A stretch of 64,000 bases of DNA from Camelus ferus. Its lineage: Eukaryota. Numbering within the stretch: position 1 is the stretch's first letter; every line of letters begins with the position of its first letter. The DNA is taken from positions 4,838,001 through 4,902,000 of the forward strand of contig NC_045697.1 in the NCBI RefSeq assembly GCF_009834535.1, in the 5' to 3' direction. Both the position numbers and the translations under genes were made by a program. This document shows, piece by piece, positions 35,691 to 49,849 of the stretch. The notes beneath the pieces were generated by a model, which worked only from the letters and a program-made list of their open reading frames with translations, was not told where the DNA came from and did not search any database.

Positions 35691-36112
35691 TGTATTGGCT
35701 TCCTGAGGCTACCTAACTGGAGGCATCAAAGCACGGGAAGGTCTTCCCTCCCTGCTCTGGGGGCCGGAAGTCTAAATCGAGCTGTTGGCGGGGACGCACT
35801 CTGTCCAGAGGCTCCAGGAGAGAATCTGCCCCCCGCCTTTCTCTTCCCTTCTGGTGTTGCCGCAGTCCTTGATGTTTGCTGGCTTCAGGCTTGTCAGTGT
35901 CGCAGGGCCTTCTGCCCGCGTGTGTCTGTCTTGTCTTCTTTTAAGGACACCAGTCATACTGGGTTGAGGCCCACCCTCCAGTATGACCTCATCTTAACTT
36001 CCTTCTTAATTGCCTCTGCAAAGACCCTATTTCCAAAGACGATCACATCACAGGTTCCGGGGGTTCGGACTTGAACACACCTTTTTGGGGTGACACAAGG
36101 CAACCCTTAACA
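35691..36112 (-). mobile_element. MaLR LTR (MLT1-type)
   Basis: Contains aaggacaccagtcatactgggttgaggcccaccctccagtatgacctcatcttaact...ctgcaaagaccctatttccaaa. Confidence 0.8.
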
Positions 36113-36626
36113 GTCACTCACTCAGCCTGGTTTCCAGCACGGAATCAGTTTTCTCGAAATGAGAGCTGTTAGTCGTCGTCCTTTAAAGGCCCAGTGCGAG
36201 GTCCCCCGGCCCCTGACTTGCTGAGAGGGGCCTCTCTCCTCCGGGCCGCTGGTCCCCCTGACAGTCTGCCGCTGACCAGGCTCAGTGCACAGTCTTGTTT
36301 CTATGTCTCTTCTAAAGGGAGACCAGGTTATCTTCAGGCCATGAGCGCTGGGAGGATGGTTGCCTCCTCACAGTCTTGCTCACAGACTCGTCTCATTCAG
36401 CTGGATTCTCAGCTCCCAGATGACGTTTGTGTCCAACGCAGCAGACGTCAGGGGCTCAGATACACTGGTGGAATGAACGCCTGATTAAGGGGAGGCTGGG
36501 TTTTTTCCAGACGTGGATTTAACTGATGGAGCTTGAGCTCTGAATTACCGCTCCCCGACCCGGAGCACCTCCCACCCCTCACTGTTCTCTCTCCACAAAA
36601 CCACATCAACGTTCTTGCTTCACCAG

Positions 36627-36831
36627 GAAGCTCTGCTCCTCCCCCTTCTCCCTGTCCGAAGAGGAGCTGCTCCGCATGAGGCAGGACGCTCACGGCTGCT
36701 TCTCTCAGATGGACAGGACCCTGGCCCTCCCCAGAATCCGGGCCCGAGTCCTGCTGCAGCGATTCCAGACCGCGTGGCGAGAAGCAGAGTCCTCGAAGCT
36801 GGACCAGGCCCTGGCCGCCCCTGAGCTGCAG
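36627..36831 (+). CDS. EVC2: EVC2 coding exon (exon 15 equivalent), 205 nt
   Basis: Acceptor cttcaccag|G and donor CAG|gtagga. Translates KLCSSPFSLSEEELLRMRQDAHGCFSQMDRTLALPRIRARVLLQRFQTAWREAESSKLDQALAAPELQ. Confidence 0.96.
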
Positions 36832-38095
36832 GTAGGATGGGTGACTCGGGGCCTCATGGTGCAGCGGCGGGGCCTCGCAGCTGCTGAGGCTGCAGGACCC
36901 GGCCCTGCCCTCAGCTCCCCTCAGCTCAGCCTCTCCTGCCCTCCCCTCCTTAGCCGTGTTGGCCTCGGCTGTGCCTGGGACCACCGAGCTCATGGTGACC
37001 TTCAGTCGTGTAGTGGAGACGCGGGGCCTGGGCTGTGCGCTGTCCACCAGCAGCCTCGAGTCTCAGCCCCTCGCAGCTCACAGCCCTGCCCCCTTCCTGG
37101 GCGTGACCCTGGGAGGTGGGAGCCATCTGGCCTGGGAGGTAGCTCTCCCTCCTGCTCCCTCCCTCAGCCATAGCCAGTGAGCCGCTCAGGGTGCAGAAGG
37201 CTGGCCCCTCTGTAAGTGGTGTCAGGAAGATGCTCACCTCAGCTCAGGTGGGTCAGGGAAAGGGTGTGAGGGAAGCCATTCTAGGTTAGGGTAATAGAGT
37301 TGCAAAAATTGTGCAGTTACAGTGGCACCTGCTACATTCATTCCTTCAGCAAATCACAGTTTACTGAGCACCTACGACCTCTTCTGAGGCCCCTCTCACC
37401 CTTGCTCCGGGCTTCAGGTCTTCAGGGTCTGGCACCCTCTGTGCCCAGGAATTCACACTCCTGGCACCTCGTCACGCGGGGCTCAGCGGCGGGGTCACTC
37501 CGTCACATTTGTGAAGAAGCAGGTACGTGTGCAGGTGGAGCACACTGTCACTCCGGGGGCTGGGCTGTGTTAAGCCCTCCGCGCCTGGTGCCTCCTAGGA
37601 TGGACGCGTGTGATCGTCCCTGCAGGTGTTTCCCCGGCCACCCAAAGTAAGGCAGTGCCCTTGTCTTCTGTGGGCTCGCCGACCCTCTGAAATCACCTTC
37701 TTCAGTTACTTGTTCTCATGTCTGCGATTGTTTCCTCTGCTGTTTTGTAAGCTTCACAAGGGCGGGGACCTCTTCCATCCTGTGTCCTGCTCAGAGAGGC
37801 TGATGGGCAGAGGCGCCCCCGCTGGGGAGGGGGTGGACGCAGGGTGGGTCCGCTGCTGTCTGACCGCAGAGCCCTGGCTCTGCCCGCAAGCGGGCCTCGC
37901 CTCCCCCTGCGGCACGGGCCCGAAGGCCCCTGAACGGAGCTCGTGCCAGGCCGGCGTGCGTCTTCCCGCCCCTCTCCGGCTAAGGCGGCTGAGCTGGGCC
38001 GAGACCCGCAGGAGCTCCTGTGGGCGCGGGGAGACCGGGGGCTGCATGAACCTGCCGGTCGGCACTCTCCTGCCAATGTCTTCTGCCCCCTCCAG

Positions 38096-38218
38096 CTGCA
38101 GTCCAAGGCCAGAAAGCCGCGCTCCAAGAGCAAAAGCAAGATAGACCTTCTGAAGAAGTGCATTGAAGATAAAATTCAGCTCTTTGAGGACCAGGCCCCC
38201 GAAGACCTGGCTGAAAAG
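38096..38218 (+). CDS. EVC2: EVC2 coding exon (exon 16 equivalent), 123 nt
   Basis: Acceptor ccctccag|CTG and donor AAG|gtcagt. Translates LQSKARKPRSKSKSKIDLLKKCIEDKIQLFEDQAPEDLAEK. An in-frame alternative start at 38102 is possible. Confidence 0.93.
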
Positions 38219-40329
38219 GTCAGTGCTGCCGCCTCACCTGTCACACCTCCTGGCACGCGGCAGGGCTGGCGGCTGCCCCGCATGAGGGCGCACGGAGCCC
38301 GGGGTTCCACGGGGAAGCAGCCGCGGGGCGGGCGGGGCGGCCATCTCCAACACGCTGCTGGGTGGCCCACGGTCAGACCCAAGGGGATGTTGTCGGAGGA
38401 GGACAAGTTGGGATTTGGTTTGGCGGAAGGAATGGGTGACCTAAGCCATGGCCAAGGACACAGTGAGGGCTCTGGGGACCCCAGAGAATCTGCAGCCCCG
38501 TGAAAAGGCTGCTTTGCTGAGGTGCTGGGTCTCCCGTGGTAGCAGACTCTCAAGTGCCAGGCTGACAAGATGGGCTGAGTCTCACCACCACCACAGAAGG
38601 AGGGGGGACGGGAGGAAGGACTGGGTGAGACGTTTCCAAGATTCCCTGAGCCGGACTCAGCCGCCCACCCTGCCCGGAGCTCTCCTGACCCTACGTCCCG
38701 GCCAGTCTTCTGGCCGGTCTCCTGTTCAATCCATGATGTGTTGTGACTTCACTAAGAAATAGGAACATTCTCTACCCCATTGTACAGATGCAGAAACTGA
38801 GTCTTAGAGAGGTTCGCGAGTCCACCCGGGGCTCCCGCAGCGGGGGCGGCGGGCGGATCCCGCACTGAAAGCTAAGGCTCTCTCTGTACTTGGTCTTCAG
38901 GGCTGACAGAGAATATTCTCACACGACATGGTTATTTCCCCGAGTTGTATTGATGTGGGACAGACATGCTGAGGCCCCCGCCTCTATAAAATGCGGATTG
39001 AGACGAGAACCCTTTGGTCCCTGGGTTTTGTGAGGACCTAATGGGTTGGAAGGGCCTTTTAACTTGGAGGGAGCTCCAGGGCCCGTTTCCCCCCTAGCGG
39101 AACAGCTCTGGCTGCTCCCCAATCCAGGCTTCACCGAGAGAGGCGGCCGACGGTCATTTGTCAGCTGTGACCTTTGAATGACAGGCTGTCTTCACAAATG
39201 GCTATTTCACTGTGGCAAGTGCCAGTAGACTAGGCCCTCTCGAGACAATGGCTTTGATGTTCCTCCCGAAATTGATCGACTGCATCTCTTAGCACTGGAG
39301 CGGCAATTGTTCAGACTCTGTTATCCGCAAGGTACTTGCAGAGCAATGATAGCCCTGGGGGACGCAGGCCAGCAGCTGAGAGTTGTTCAGTGGAGTTTCA
39401 GGACTGGGACGCCCCTCCAAGCTCGTGCAGCTGTCACGACGGAGCTGGGTCTTGCTGGCCAGCGCCCCAGGATCCCTGGGAAAGCCTCAGCCTGGCTGGC
39501 AGTGTGCTGTCCCGTGGGGCTGAAGAGCTGGAAGCACCTGCAGGGCACCGCCTTTCTTCACCTCTACCTTTCTTCTGCATTGGATACCACCCCCCACCCC
39601 ACCCTCAGCTCCAGGCTGATGTGTCTTCTGTCTGGACTCTCCCATCTGGAGGGGTTGGGGTCCCTGAAGTCACGCTGGTGGTGAGAGGCAGAGCTGGGGC
39701 TCCACCCAGGCGCATCTGCTTCCATCACCTGTGCGGCTGTCATCACGGTGCTGGGCGGCGAGATGGCTTCAGCCTCCCAGCATGACCGGTGCTCTTCCCC
39801 ACGCCCCTCCCTTCCTTCCCCTTGTTTTCTTTTCCTTGCCCTTCTCAGCTTCCCCCTCCCCTCCCTTTCCTTCACTTCCTCCTTTAGGGAGCGTTTTCTG
39901 GCCTGTTCTCTGCGCCAGGCACTGTTCTAGGATCTTGCTCTTGAGACGCTCACTATCGCAGACCAGCAGTCAGTTCTGTGCTTCCGTCACTTGGACATTG
40001 GCATCCTGCTTTTGCAGAGAATCCTGCAGACTCAACCTCAGCTCTGACTTGAATGAGTGATGTGTGACTCATTCGGAAAGAGCTGTATGACTGGTTCTGG
40101 GAGGAAAGGAGACAGGCAGAGGGATGAAGGTGGGCTTCCCGCCTGCCCCCCTTCTCTGTCCAGCTGGTGGGTCACTGGGGTGAGGGGTCAGCTCCAGCCA
40201 GAGGCAGCCGTCCTGCGTGGCTGGGGTGCGCTGTTGCACCCCACAGACGCCCCGCCCTTCTGCTGGGCTCACTGCAAGTGCACAGATGCTCCATTTTACA
40301 CCTGGAAGACTCTGCAGGGCATGTATGTT

Positions 40330-41930
40330 TTAGAATAAGTTAATCAAGTTCCAACATGAATTTCTGTTGTGATTGAACTAAAATCACAGGTTAATTTGAC
40401 AATTACCTTCCCTCCAAAAAGGTGGAATGTTTCTTATTTTATTTGGATCTTCTTTTAGGACCTTTAGTAGATTTTACATTTGCTTCCATTCAGTAGAGTG
40501 AACACACATCTCGATATGCCTGGGACAGTCCCAGTCTCCCCTGTCATCCTCACGTCCCTTCCCATTAACTCTCCCTTTTACCCTCAACTTGGGTGAGAAA
40601 TCATTTGGCCACTTTATCCACAAGGGCTGCCTCAGGTCTCGGGTGTTCCTTGTGGTGATTCTCGGTACGTTGTAGGTTTGGTTGCAATTGTGAATGATTG
40701 GCCTATTTTCAGTGATATCTTGGGCTTTTATGATGCTGGGATAAAGAAATGTTACTAGTGTTTATGTCTTTCCTTTGTTCTATCTCTGGAGCCAGACCAC
40801 TGGGTCCAAGCCCCTCACCCTGCCACTTTCTAGCTGTGTAACCCTGAACAAGTTACTTAACCACTCTGTGCCCTTAAGTACTCATCTTTCCAGTGTGGAT
40901 ACTAGACACACCGACCTCTTAGGATCATTGTGAGAATTTGTCTGTTGATTTTTTGCGTAGTCAGTCATAATGCCTGCAAATAATCACAGCTTTGTGGCCT
41001 CCCTTCTGATCCTTACACTTCATTTCATTTCCTTATCACTGTTTCCATGTCCTTGTCTTCTTATTCCATCATCGCTCTCATGCCCATTGGTTGGTTTTTC
41101 TCTGGACCATGGATCACATTTTCCTGCTGCTTCGCATGCATGGCGATTTTTGATTGTAGATGTTACATGTTGGGTACGGGATTTTGTGTTTTCTTTAATA
41201 GTGTTGTAGTTTGGGCATGTAGGTGTGTTATTCGGGATTCATTTTATCCTTTCAAGACTTGCTTTTAAGCTTTGTTGGGCTGGCTCAAGAGCTACTTTAA
41301 GTCGAGGGCTAACTATCCCCACTGCTGAGACGAGACCCTCCTAAGGACTCTGCCCATACTCGGTGTGTTAAAGGGTCTTCTCATTCTAGGCAGTGGGAGC
41401 ACAAGCTCTTCCCAGCTCTGTGTGAGCTCCAGAAATTTTTCTGCCTGTTATTTCTGGCTCTTTCCCTAGCCTGGCAGAGGTTTATTTTTTTTTTTTTTTT
41501 TTCAAGTATACACAGGACTCAAAGTCTTGAGGGCACCCTTGCAAATCTCTGGGTATCTCTCTGTGTGTGCAGCTCCCTCCTCTCTGGGACTCTGCCCCAC
41601 AAATTCTAGACTCAGTGGCCTCCCAACTCTGCTTTAGTTTTCTGAGCCCACTGGGCCCGCTGCCCGCCCCCCGGGTTTCTCCGCACCCTGTCGTGGTCTA
41701 GGAACTGCCTCCGGGCTGCGAGCCGGGCGCTGTGGGGTCACCTTGTCCATCTCCTTCCTCTCAAGGACCCCATCCCTGTGCTGCCTGTTGTTTGGTGTCC
41801 GGAAACCAATGCATCATGTAATTTGTCTAGTTTTCTAGTTGTGGGAAAGTGAATCTGGTTAAAGGGTAAATTTGTTCCCTGTTCCTCTGCCATGGTTGGA
41901 CGTAGCTTTTAACCTTTCCTTTTGTTACCG
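40330..41930 (-). mobile_element. Degraded old L1 fragments with an interspersed MIR
   Basis: T-rich reverse L1-like text, partly resembling 47800-48100 in inverted orientation. Boundaries are approximate. Confidence 0.45.
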
Positions 41931-44338
41931 ATTTTTAATTTTAACAGGCTCCTAAAAAAAAAAAACAAAAAAAAAACCCTTAGCCTTTTGTTACCGAGTT
42001 CTACGTTTATTCTGTTTCAGTTTGAGAACAAAGTACCTACGATGATGATGCTTTGAATTTGCTGAGGCTTCGCTTGTGGCTTTATTTGTCCTCAAAAAGG
42101 CTGCACGTTTCTGTTCGGTGCAGGAAAGGAAGCACTTAGGAGGCAGGGGAGACCCAGGTCTTGCGAAGCCTGGAAGGTTACTGTGAGCTGCTCGGAGCTT
42201 TTGAGGCAAAACTGAGAAGATCAGGCGCTTCGTAGACACTGCTCGGAGGGCCGCATTCATGAGTAGTTCTGGAAGGCGGTCTCTGTTGTCAGTCCTCCCC
42301 TCCTGACCGCTGCTCTCGTTGGCCCTGGGGTTTGGGGGCCGGGGCTCAGTCTGATCTGTTCTTTTCCTTCTGCTTGTAAGCGTGAGATGGAAGTTAAGGA
42401 GGCGGCCCCAGCCCCTGTCGAGAGCCAGATTGATTTCTGTGAACTGAGGGGCCCGCGGCCAGACGCCTCAGCTGGAATGAGGACCCAGGGTGGGCTTGCT
42501 AGGCAGTCAGAGGTCGCTCTCCACAGTGGCCGGCCAGGTCAGTGCCACCGCCCTCTCCTGGAGGGGAGCCAAGGAGGGCTGCGTGGAGGTGGGGGTCCAG
42601 TTGGTAAAGGGACATTCAAACGCCTACCTTGACATCTAGGAGACTCAAGAGCTTGGGTAGTTCGTCGGATCTGCAGGACTGGAAGGCTGCCACTCACAGT
42701 GGCCCCCGGCCAAGGGCTTACTTGCTCAATGCCTTGACCGGGACAGAGAAAGTGTCTTCTTCCTCCCGCCTTGATGGGGAAGCCAGTCCACAGAGCAGAG
42801 CAGGTGCGCAGCACAAACCGTGAGGCTCATTTTGCTTTCCAGCTATTAGAAATAGATCTGTCTGTCTCTCTACATTTATCTTCTATCTGTCTGTCTGTCT
42901 TTCTGTCACCTCTCCTTTTTATTTAACACTGAAACCTGAAGGTTTTCCGTATCGGTTCATCAGAGCTTCCTCACTGCTTTTCCAACAGCACAGCGTTTCA
43001 CGGTGCATGCGAGCCTTCAGTGATTTAACCAGCCCTCAGTTAATGGACTTTTGGGTTCTTTTCGACCCCTCGCTATCCCGGGTGGTCCTGGAACCTCTGT
43101 GTGCGCCCCACGCCCCACCATGGGGAGGCAGGTAGAGCACCTCTTACTGCTTGCAGTTCACAGGTGCGAATGCCGGCACTCAGAAAGGCTGAGGCTTGTC
43201 CAGGACCCCGAGGCTCCCGAGTGGTAGGGCGTAAGGCACAGGTCTCTCGATGCCCGTCCCCGCATCCCATTGGCAGACTCTTGTTTGACGGCAAATGAGG
43301 GCAGTATTTCAGTTAACCGTGGGTGTGTTCTCTTGTTGTTTTTGCACAGAGTGTATCTAAACTTCGCATCAGTGCTCCTGAGGGACATTTAAATAGAGAC
43401 GAACTTGACGTGACCGTGTCTTCTGCTCACCGGTACTTCTGGTGGTGTTGTCGTGATGTTGCCCTCCGTCTGGGCGGCACGTCGACCGCATGCCCACTCA
43501 CCCATCCACTCTCCATCCACTGCTCCCAGGTCTCGCGATCTGCCGTGTTTGCACACCTCATAAGCAATCCTTCCCCAGGAGCAGATCCCCTGCACTGCGA
43601 TCGACTGCGCGGCTTCTGTTGTGTTGCCTCGGCGGTTAGGCAGGGGCGGGTGGCACTTCTGTCAGAAACAGCCCACCCCTGTCATTTCAGAAGAGACTAG
43701 AGTTTAAGGATGCAAATCATGGGCTCATTTTCAGGTGACCTGACAAGAGAGAAAGCTGATGGTACAAATCCTTATAAAGATTAGGGAAGAAGGTACATGG
43801 ACAGGGAGAGCATTTTAGGAACAGGTGGGAAAATCCGTCCATCCACCTACAAAGACTGGGAAAGCCTCCGGATGGTCCTCTTCCTGTCTGCTCGCGCCCC
43901 GGTTTCATCTCTCAAGGCCGACCTGTCAAGGCCATCTCCCTGAAGCCTCGTTCGAAGGGAAGTTTCACAGCTTCCTAAAACCACAGGCCTGAACAACTCA
44001 GTAACCATCTTGTTAGTTTTCTACTCTTTCAAATCTTTTTCTACATTGTGGATTTTTTAAAATTACAAATGAAGAAATTTTTAAAGGAAGAAACAAATCT
44101 CCCCATATTGTAAACTGTTACTTTTATCTCTCTCCTGATCCCAAAGGCAACTCTATTTAACTGATGATAATAATCATAATAAAAATAATAGTGGTAATAG
44201 CATGATGCCACTATTTATTGGGGGCTCATTAGATACCAGATGCTATGCTACACGTTGTCTCCTGTCATTTTATTGTTTGCTTTTCTCACACAAAACTGAG
44301 ACTCAGAGAGCTTAAGACACTTCTCTAGGTCACACAGC

Positions 44339-44959
44339 TGATGCAGGAGAACAGATGTGGGGCGTGAGAAGGGCCGTGTCCCAGGCTTCGGCTGAGCCCC
44401 TGGAACGTGTCCCGCCAAGTGTGGGTCCTTGGCTTCGCACAGGGAAGAATTAAAGAGTGAGCCACAGTTGAGTGAAGGTAGATTTATTCAGAGAGATAAC
44501 ATTGAAAGGCAAGAGAAAGGCCACGAGGTGTGGGGGTTGGGTGCTCAGATTTAAAGTAGGTACACACTCCATAGACAGAGTGTGGGCCATCTCTGAAGAG
44601 AGAGAGAGGGGGCGGCCACGAGGCATCGTGTTGCTGGTTTTTACGGGCCTGGTGGCTTTATATGCTAATAAGTGGAAGGACCAGTCTAAGAGGAAGGGGC
44701 TGGGATTCCCAGGAAGTTGGCCATTTCCCACCCTTTGACCGCCTGTGGCCAGCCCTGGGACTCCCATGGCGCCTGTGGGCGTGTTATTCACCATGTTAAT
44801 ATATTGGGCGTAGAATGAAGCTCAAGATCTGCTAAAAGTTAAATCTCCCGTCATCCTGAGCCTCAAGGCCTCCTGGGGGCTGAATCTCCCACCATTTTGA
44901 TGTTAATTGCTGTGGCCTTCCTTGAATGGCTGTGCCCTGCCCCCTTCCCTCCCGGCTCA
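44339..44959 (-). mobile_element. ERV1 solo LTR, MER41-like (621 bp), inserted into a MIR
   Basis: TG...CA termini with a perfect TSD CAGC (44335-44338 and 44960-44963). Removing the element restores the MIR text ggtcacacagctagttaaatgg. Contains a reverse AATAAA. Confidence 0.88.
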
Positions 44960-46889
44960 CAGCTAGTTAAATGGTAAACGTGTAGATGAGAGATAACAGA
45001 TCTCCATAAACAAAACAGACAAAACTATGCTGACTCTTAATTTGTTTGAGATTTTTGCACTTTGATTAAATAGATGATGGGGTGGGTGGCAGTGTCTTTC
45101 CAGGCACAGAATTCAATTTTTCTATCTTAAATTTAAGCAATAATGACGTTTCTTTAGCAGGGTGCTATTTCATTCAGCAAATACTAACCCAGCACACCTT
45201 TACTGAGTCCACGCCCCTCCTGGTGCAGGATGGAGGAGAGGGTCTTAAATTTTGAACCCATCCGGCAAAGCTTGGTTTAAACTGACCTGCCTTTTGGGAG
45301 GGCCAGCCACGTGAATACAGCTGGCTGCTTATATTTAAAGAGCGTTTCATCAGCATCTCCTTCCAGCGTTTGGACGAGCTATTCCTGATGTGACTCCTCT
45401 CTGCTCATGGGTGACATCCTGGCCTCTCTTCCTTCCTTGCCCACTTCTCCCCAGGGAGGGGGGTATCTGACTGGTGGGGGTAAAGAAGGAACTGGGCGTG
45501 CTCAGTGCGGCTCCCGCCTCTCTTTGGAAGCCAGCCTGCCTGCAGGAGGCCCCATTCTCTGCCCAGGATGTGGTGAACCTGCGGGAGGCCTGCTGTTTGG
45601 GGAGATGTCTGTTCATTTGCAGACACATCTGAGCCACATGCTCCAACCTAGTTTTCATCGATATTAAAGCTGACGTTTGCCATCTGTCTGGCTCACCCAC
45701 ATATCCAGTTGTATTTGCTTCTAAACTTACACAAAGAGGAGAGGTCTGACGTCTTGAACTTGGAATCCCAGTAACTCTTTGCTGGTGGTCAGGTTGATTT
45801 TATGTTTAAAGGACATCATGTTGCAAGTAAGAAACTAGGCCTTCGAAAGGCACAGTCTGTCAGGGAAACTAGCAAGGAAGTTGAACTTCACGTTTAAAAT
45901 AAGAGTATTTAGCGGCATATTATTTTGCAAACGAATTTTTATTACTTTAGGTAGCTTGAATATTTAACTAAGCCTGTCATTAATACCTCATAGAAATTCA
46001 AAGCTGTATCTTCTCCCGGGAGTTCTTTTAGACAAGGACGAAAGCCCTCCTTTGCCTCACGTTCTTATGGTGCGAGAACTAACAAACTAAGCTGCCGAAG
46101 GAGAAAGCGATGTTGGAGAGTCTTTTCTTCACTTCACTGTCGGGGTTGTTGTTGCTGCACCTACAAAAGGCTTCACACTTACCCGCATTTTAGGAAGGAC
46201 GTTGCAGAAATGAAAGGAGCTGTCCCTCATGGCCACCTCCCCCTGCCCTGCACCTCTGCAGGGGACTAGGCTTTACGGGAAGTTTGAGCCACTGCCTGTC
46301 CAGGGGTGGGGAAGATAGTGACCACGTGGAGGTAACGTGAAAATCTGAGCTCGTGGCAGGTGTGTCATGAAGGGACTTTGCTTCCATTTCTCGTTCACCT
46401 GCCCAGCACACATGATTTCCTCTTAGGATCTTTAATAGACGTGCCGTAGCCCTTTCTGCGCCCTCCAGAGCAGGCTGCCTACTTTCACTTGGCAGCGAGG
46501 ACCTCTGTGATGTGGTTTCTGTCTGACCTCCATGGCCTTGCCTTCCACTCTTCAGCTTTGGTCTAATTCACTCTCTCACTAACCCTATAGGGACCCCATG
46601 CCCTCCTGCCCCAGTGCCTTTGGTTGTGCTGTTCCCTCTGCCTGAACCCCTGGATCCTTCAATACTCAGTTCAAATGCCAATGTCTTCACAACCGTCCCT
46701 TACGCCTCTCCCTGCTCCATCCTATAAAATATCATAGCACTATATATGGACCTCCTTATGGCACTGACCATACTCTACCTTTAATAATGAAATTAATACC
46801 AACAATAACTGCACTTAGCCATTATTCAGCACTCCAGTGTGGTGGGCACTGGCATAGGCAATTAAAAGAGGTAGATTATTAAGTAATCA

Positions 46890-48670
46890 AAATAACCCTA
46901 CTGGGAACTTTTCTTTTGCTTCTGGCCAAGATGGAATTAAAGGGTCAAATTACCCCCTCACATAAAACAAAACAAAGAAAAAAACCAAAAAACAATGAAC
47001 AAAGTGTATAAAACAATGGTTTTTAAAATATTGGACAACAGTGAAAAGTCCCCTGAGAAACAGGAACCGAATGACATGAGCCTGTGAGTGTCCAGGCCTG
47101 AGAAAGTAACAGGCTGTCCTGGCCGTGTCCCAGCGCTGCCAGAGGGTGGGTTCTTGTCGCCTGCGGGGAGGAATTCAAGAGCGAGGCCTCGTGAAGGGAC
47201 AGTAAGGTTATTCAGGGAGATGCACACTCTATTGACAGAGTGCGGGCCGCCTCGGAAGGCCCTAGAGAGCCACGGCGAGGTGTGCGGTCAGTTCCTATGG
47301 GCTTGGTCATTTCATATGCTGATGAGTAGGAGGGTTATTCCAGCTACTCTGGGGAAGGGGCAGGGATGTCCAGGAACTGGGCTTCGCCCACTTTTTGGTC
47401 TTTTATGATCATGGCAGCTGTGGGTGCACCGTGAGGCTCCAGGTGACCTGGAAGTCAAATCTTCTGCCGTCTTGGTTGTAACCAGTGCATCCTGTCCTCA
47501 GTTGCTGTGTCATTCCTTCAGAGGTTGTGCCCCGCCCCCCTCCCTCCTATCTCATCAGGGAAGGGGGCCAGGCAGAACCTGGCTGATGCCTCAGTGAAGA
47601 AGACAAAGCTTGGGACTCGGGGAAGGCAAGTTGCTAGATTTCACAGGACAGAGGACCGGAAAAGAAAGAACCGCACCGAGAGGCAACTCGAGCTATCCAC
47701 TGGGTCCTCCGAGCTCTCAGCTGAGAACTGCTCTGCCCACATTTGGGAGATTACCCAAAGCCAGGAAAGGGACCACCCTGAGGTTTAGAGGGAAGAGTTC
47801 CCAGTACTCACACAGGGCTGGGAACAGTAAGGGTTCCCTCCACCCAGGCTAGAAACCCTCGTAATTCATGAAGCATCTGATACAGTCCTCAGAAAGGTCT
47901 TTCTTCATTAGCAGGAATTATTGGACCTAAACGTAACTCTGCTCTGGTCCTACCTAAAAAATTCTTTGAAACATGACCAGAAAAGATCAAACTTTTCAAG
48001 TCACTTACCTGCTTCCCAGAACAAAACTCAAGAATTTTCTGTACCATATAGACAGACAAAAATACCCATGACTGACAAGATAAAATTCATAATCCCTGGC
48101 ACCCAGTTAAAAATTACCAGGAAGGCAACAAAGCAGGAAAATATGAAACCAACCCAGGAATGACACAATGTCAGAATTAGCAGAGAAGAGCATTAGAACA
48201 GCCATTATAAACTGTTTCATGTGTTCAAAACATGTTAAGTAGAGGTATGGTAGATAGAAAAGACCAACTCAGACTTACAGAGATGAAAACTATGAATTTT
48301 ATATATATACACACACACAAACATGAGTGATGTAACATATATATTTCAAATAGGATTAACTGCAGAATAGAGAGTGCAGAAAAAAAAACAGTAGCTGTTG
48401 GCTTGAAGACATAGCAATATATATACTACCTAAAATGAAAACAAAAAAAATGCGCAGAGCATCAGTGTGCTGTGGGACAACTTCAGGTCACCTGTATACA
48501 GCGGAAACTGGATTTGAAGGAGAGAAAAGAGAAGACAGAAAAACATGAGAAGAAATGATGGCCGAAACATTTCCCGAATTTGATGAGAGCTATAAACCCA
48601 CGATTCAAGAAGCTAAGCACATCCCAGACGTAGGCAACATGAAGAAAGTTACACCAAGATACATGGTGAG
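46890..48670 (+). mobile_element. Old L1 5' region and ORF1 remnant
   Basis: 48555-48670 translates MMAETFPEF...PTIQEAKHIP...KKVTPRYM, resembling the L1 ORF1 motifs IMAENFPN, QIQEAQR and TPRHI. Confidence 0.65.
47105..47554 (-). mobile_element. ERV1 solo LTR, MER41-like (shorter variant), nested in L1
   Basis: Ends ...ccctcctatctca like the copy at 414-1025 and shares internal blocks with it. The left boundary is approximate. Confidence 0.75.
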
Positions 48671-49849
48671 TAAGCGAGTAAGTGACCGAGCTGGAATTCA
48701 CAACCCAGCGTCTGGCCCTGGAGCCCATGCCCGGCAGCCTGGTGCCTACCTCCTTCCCCAGCCCTGAGCTCCTTCAGGATCAGACCCACGTCTGGTTCAT
48801 CTTTGCCTCCTCTCTGCCCTCTCCCCATCCCCTGGGTGCATCACACACTCCTTTATATTAGACATGTTTGGTGCTCATTAAATTTTTTTTGGATTAATGA
48901 ACAAAGGTGTAAGTATATTTTCTGTTTGCAAACTTACTGTGAAAAAATGACTGTGGGAAAAGGGAGTTTGCTGGAAGACTGTCAGCATCTGTAAAGCCCT
49001 TTAGAGGCAGCTTCCAAGCGTCCCCGTATAGAAGTCATCAGACACACTGTTGAGTCTCCTTCTCATCGGGCGTTGCCCAGTCTTGCAAGGACCTTGGAGC
49101 ACCGGTATGAGCTGCGCAAACTTCTTCCTACAAGCTGAGTACGGCTGCGGGCCTTTGAAGAAAGCCCACCATGAAGGCACAGGCCAGTGATCTGCAGTTA
49201 CCATGGAAACTAATCATTGACTGTCATCTGGATCTCCAAACTAGGGAAAGATCGGGGTCTAGTAGCATCCTTTTGAGAACAAGACTTCATGTTCCCTTTC
49301 AAGCCAGGAAGTGAACCTGTTTCTTCCAGAGGCGCTGTTTTCATGCTGTGATTCTGTGCATCGTTGTCTCTGAGCCCTGATGGGGGTGGGCTGTTCTGTG
49401 AACCAAATACGCCCACAGCGTGTCTTGGAAGAACTGGCCTCATTTGTAGTTCTTCCTCATTCTCCAAGGCTTGTGGCAAGCACCACCTCTCTGTGAAGCT
49501 TTTGAAGGTCCCCAGCAGAATTTTCTTCCCCAGCCAACGACACCCAAAGTGGGCTTTTTGCTTCTTTGGGGCTCTTTTTTGCTTCCTGCTGCGTCCAAGT
49601 TTTTCCTCCAAGACAGATCAGAGAGGTTAAGTCTGAGCTTTCCAAACTGGGACTTGCATCCCCCTGAAGTTCACACGATGGGCGCAGGGAAGTGGTGCAG
49701 CCGCGGGAGAGCTCGGGCCACCGCCTCCTGCCAGCCTGTGCTTCATGTCAGTATCTCTCCCTGTGTCAATGACACTAAAACCTCTGAATATAAACATGAA
49801 TCTTAAAAGTAGGTTATGTGGCAGGACACAAAATTCCACAAACTTTTTT

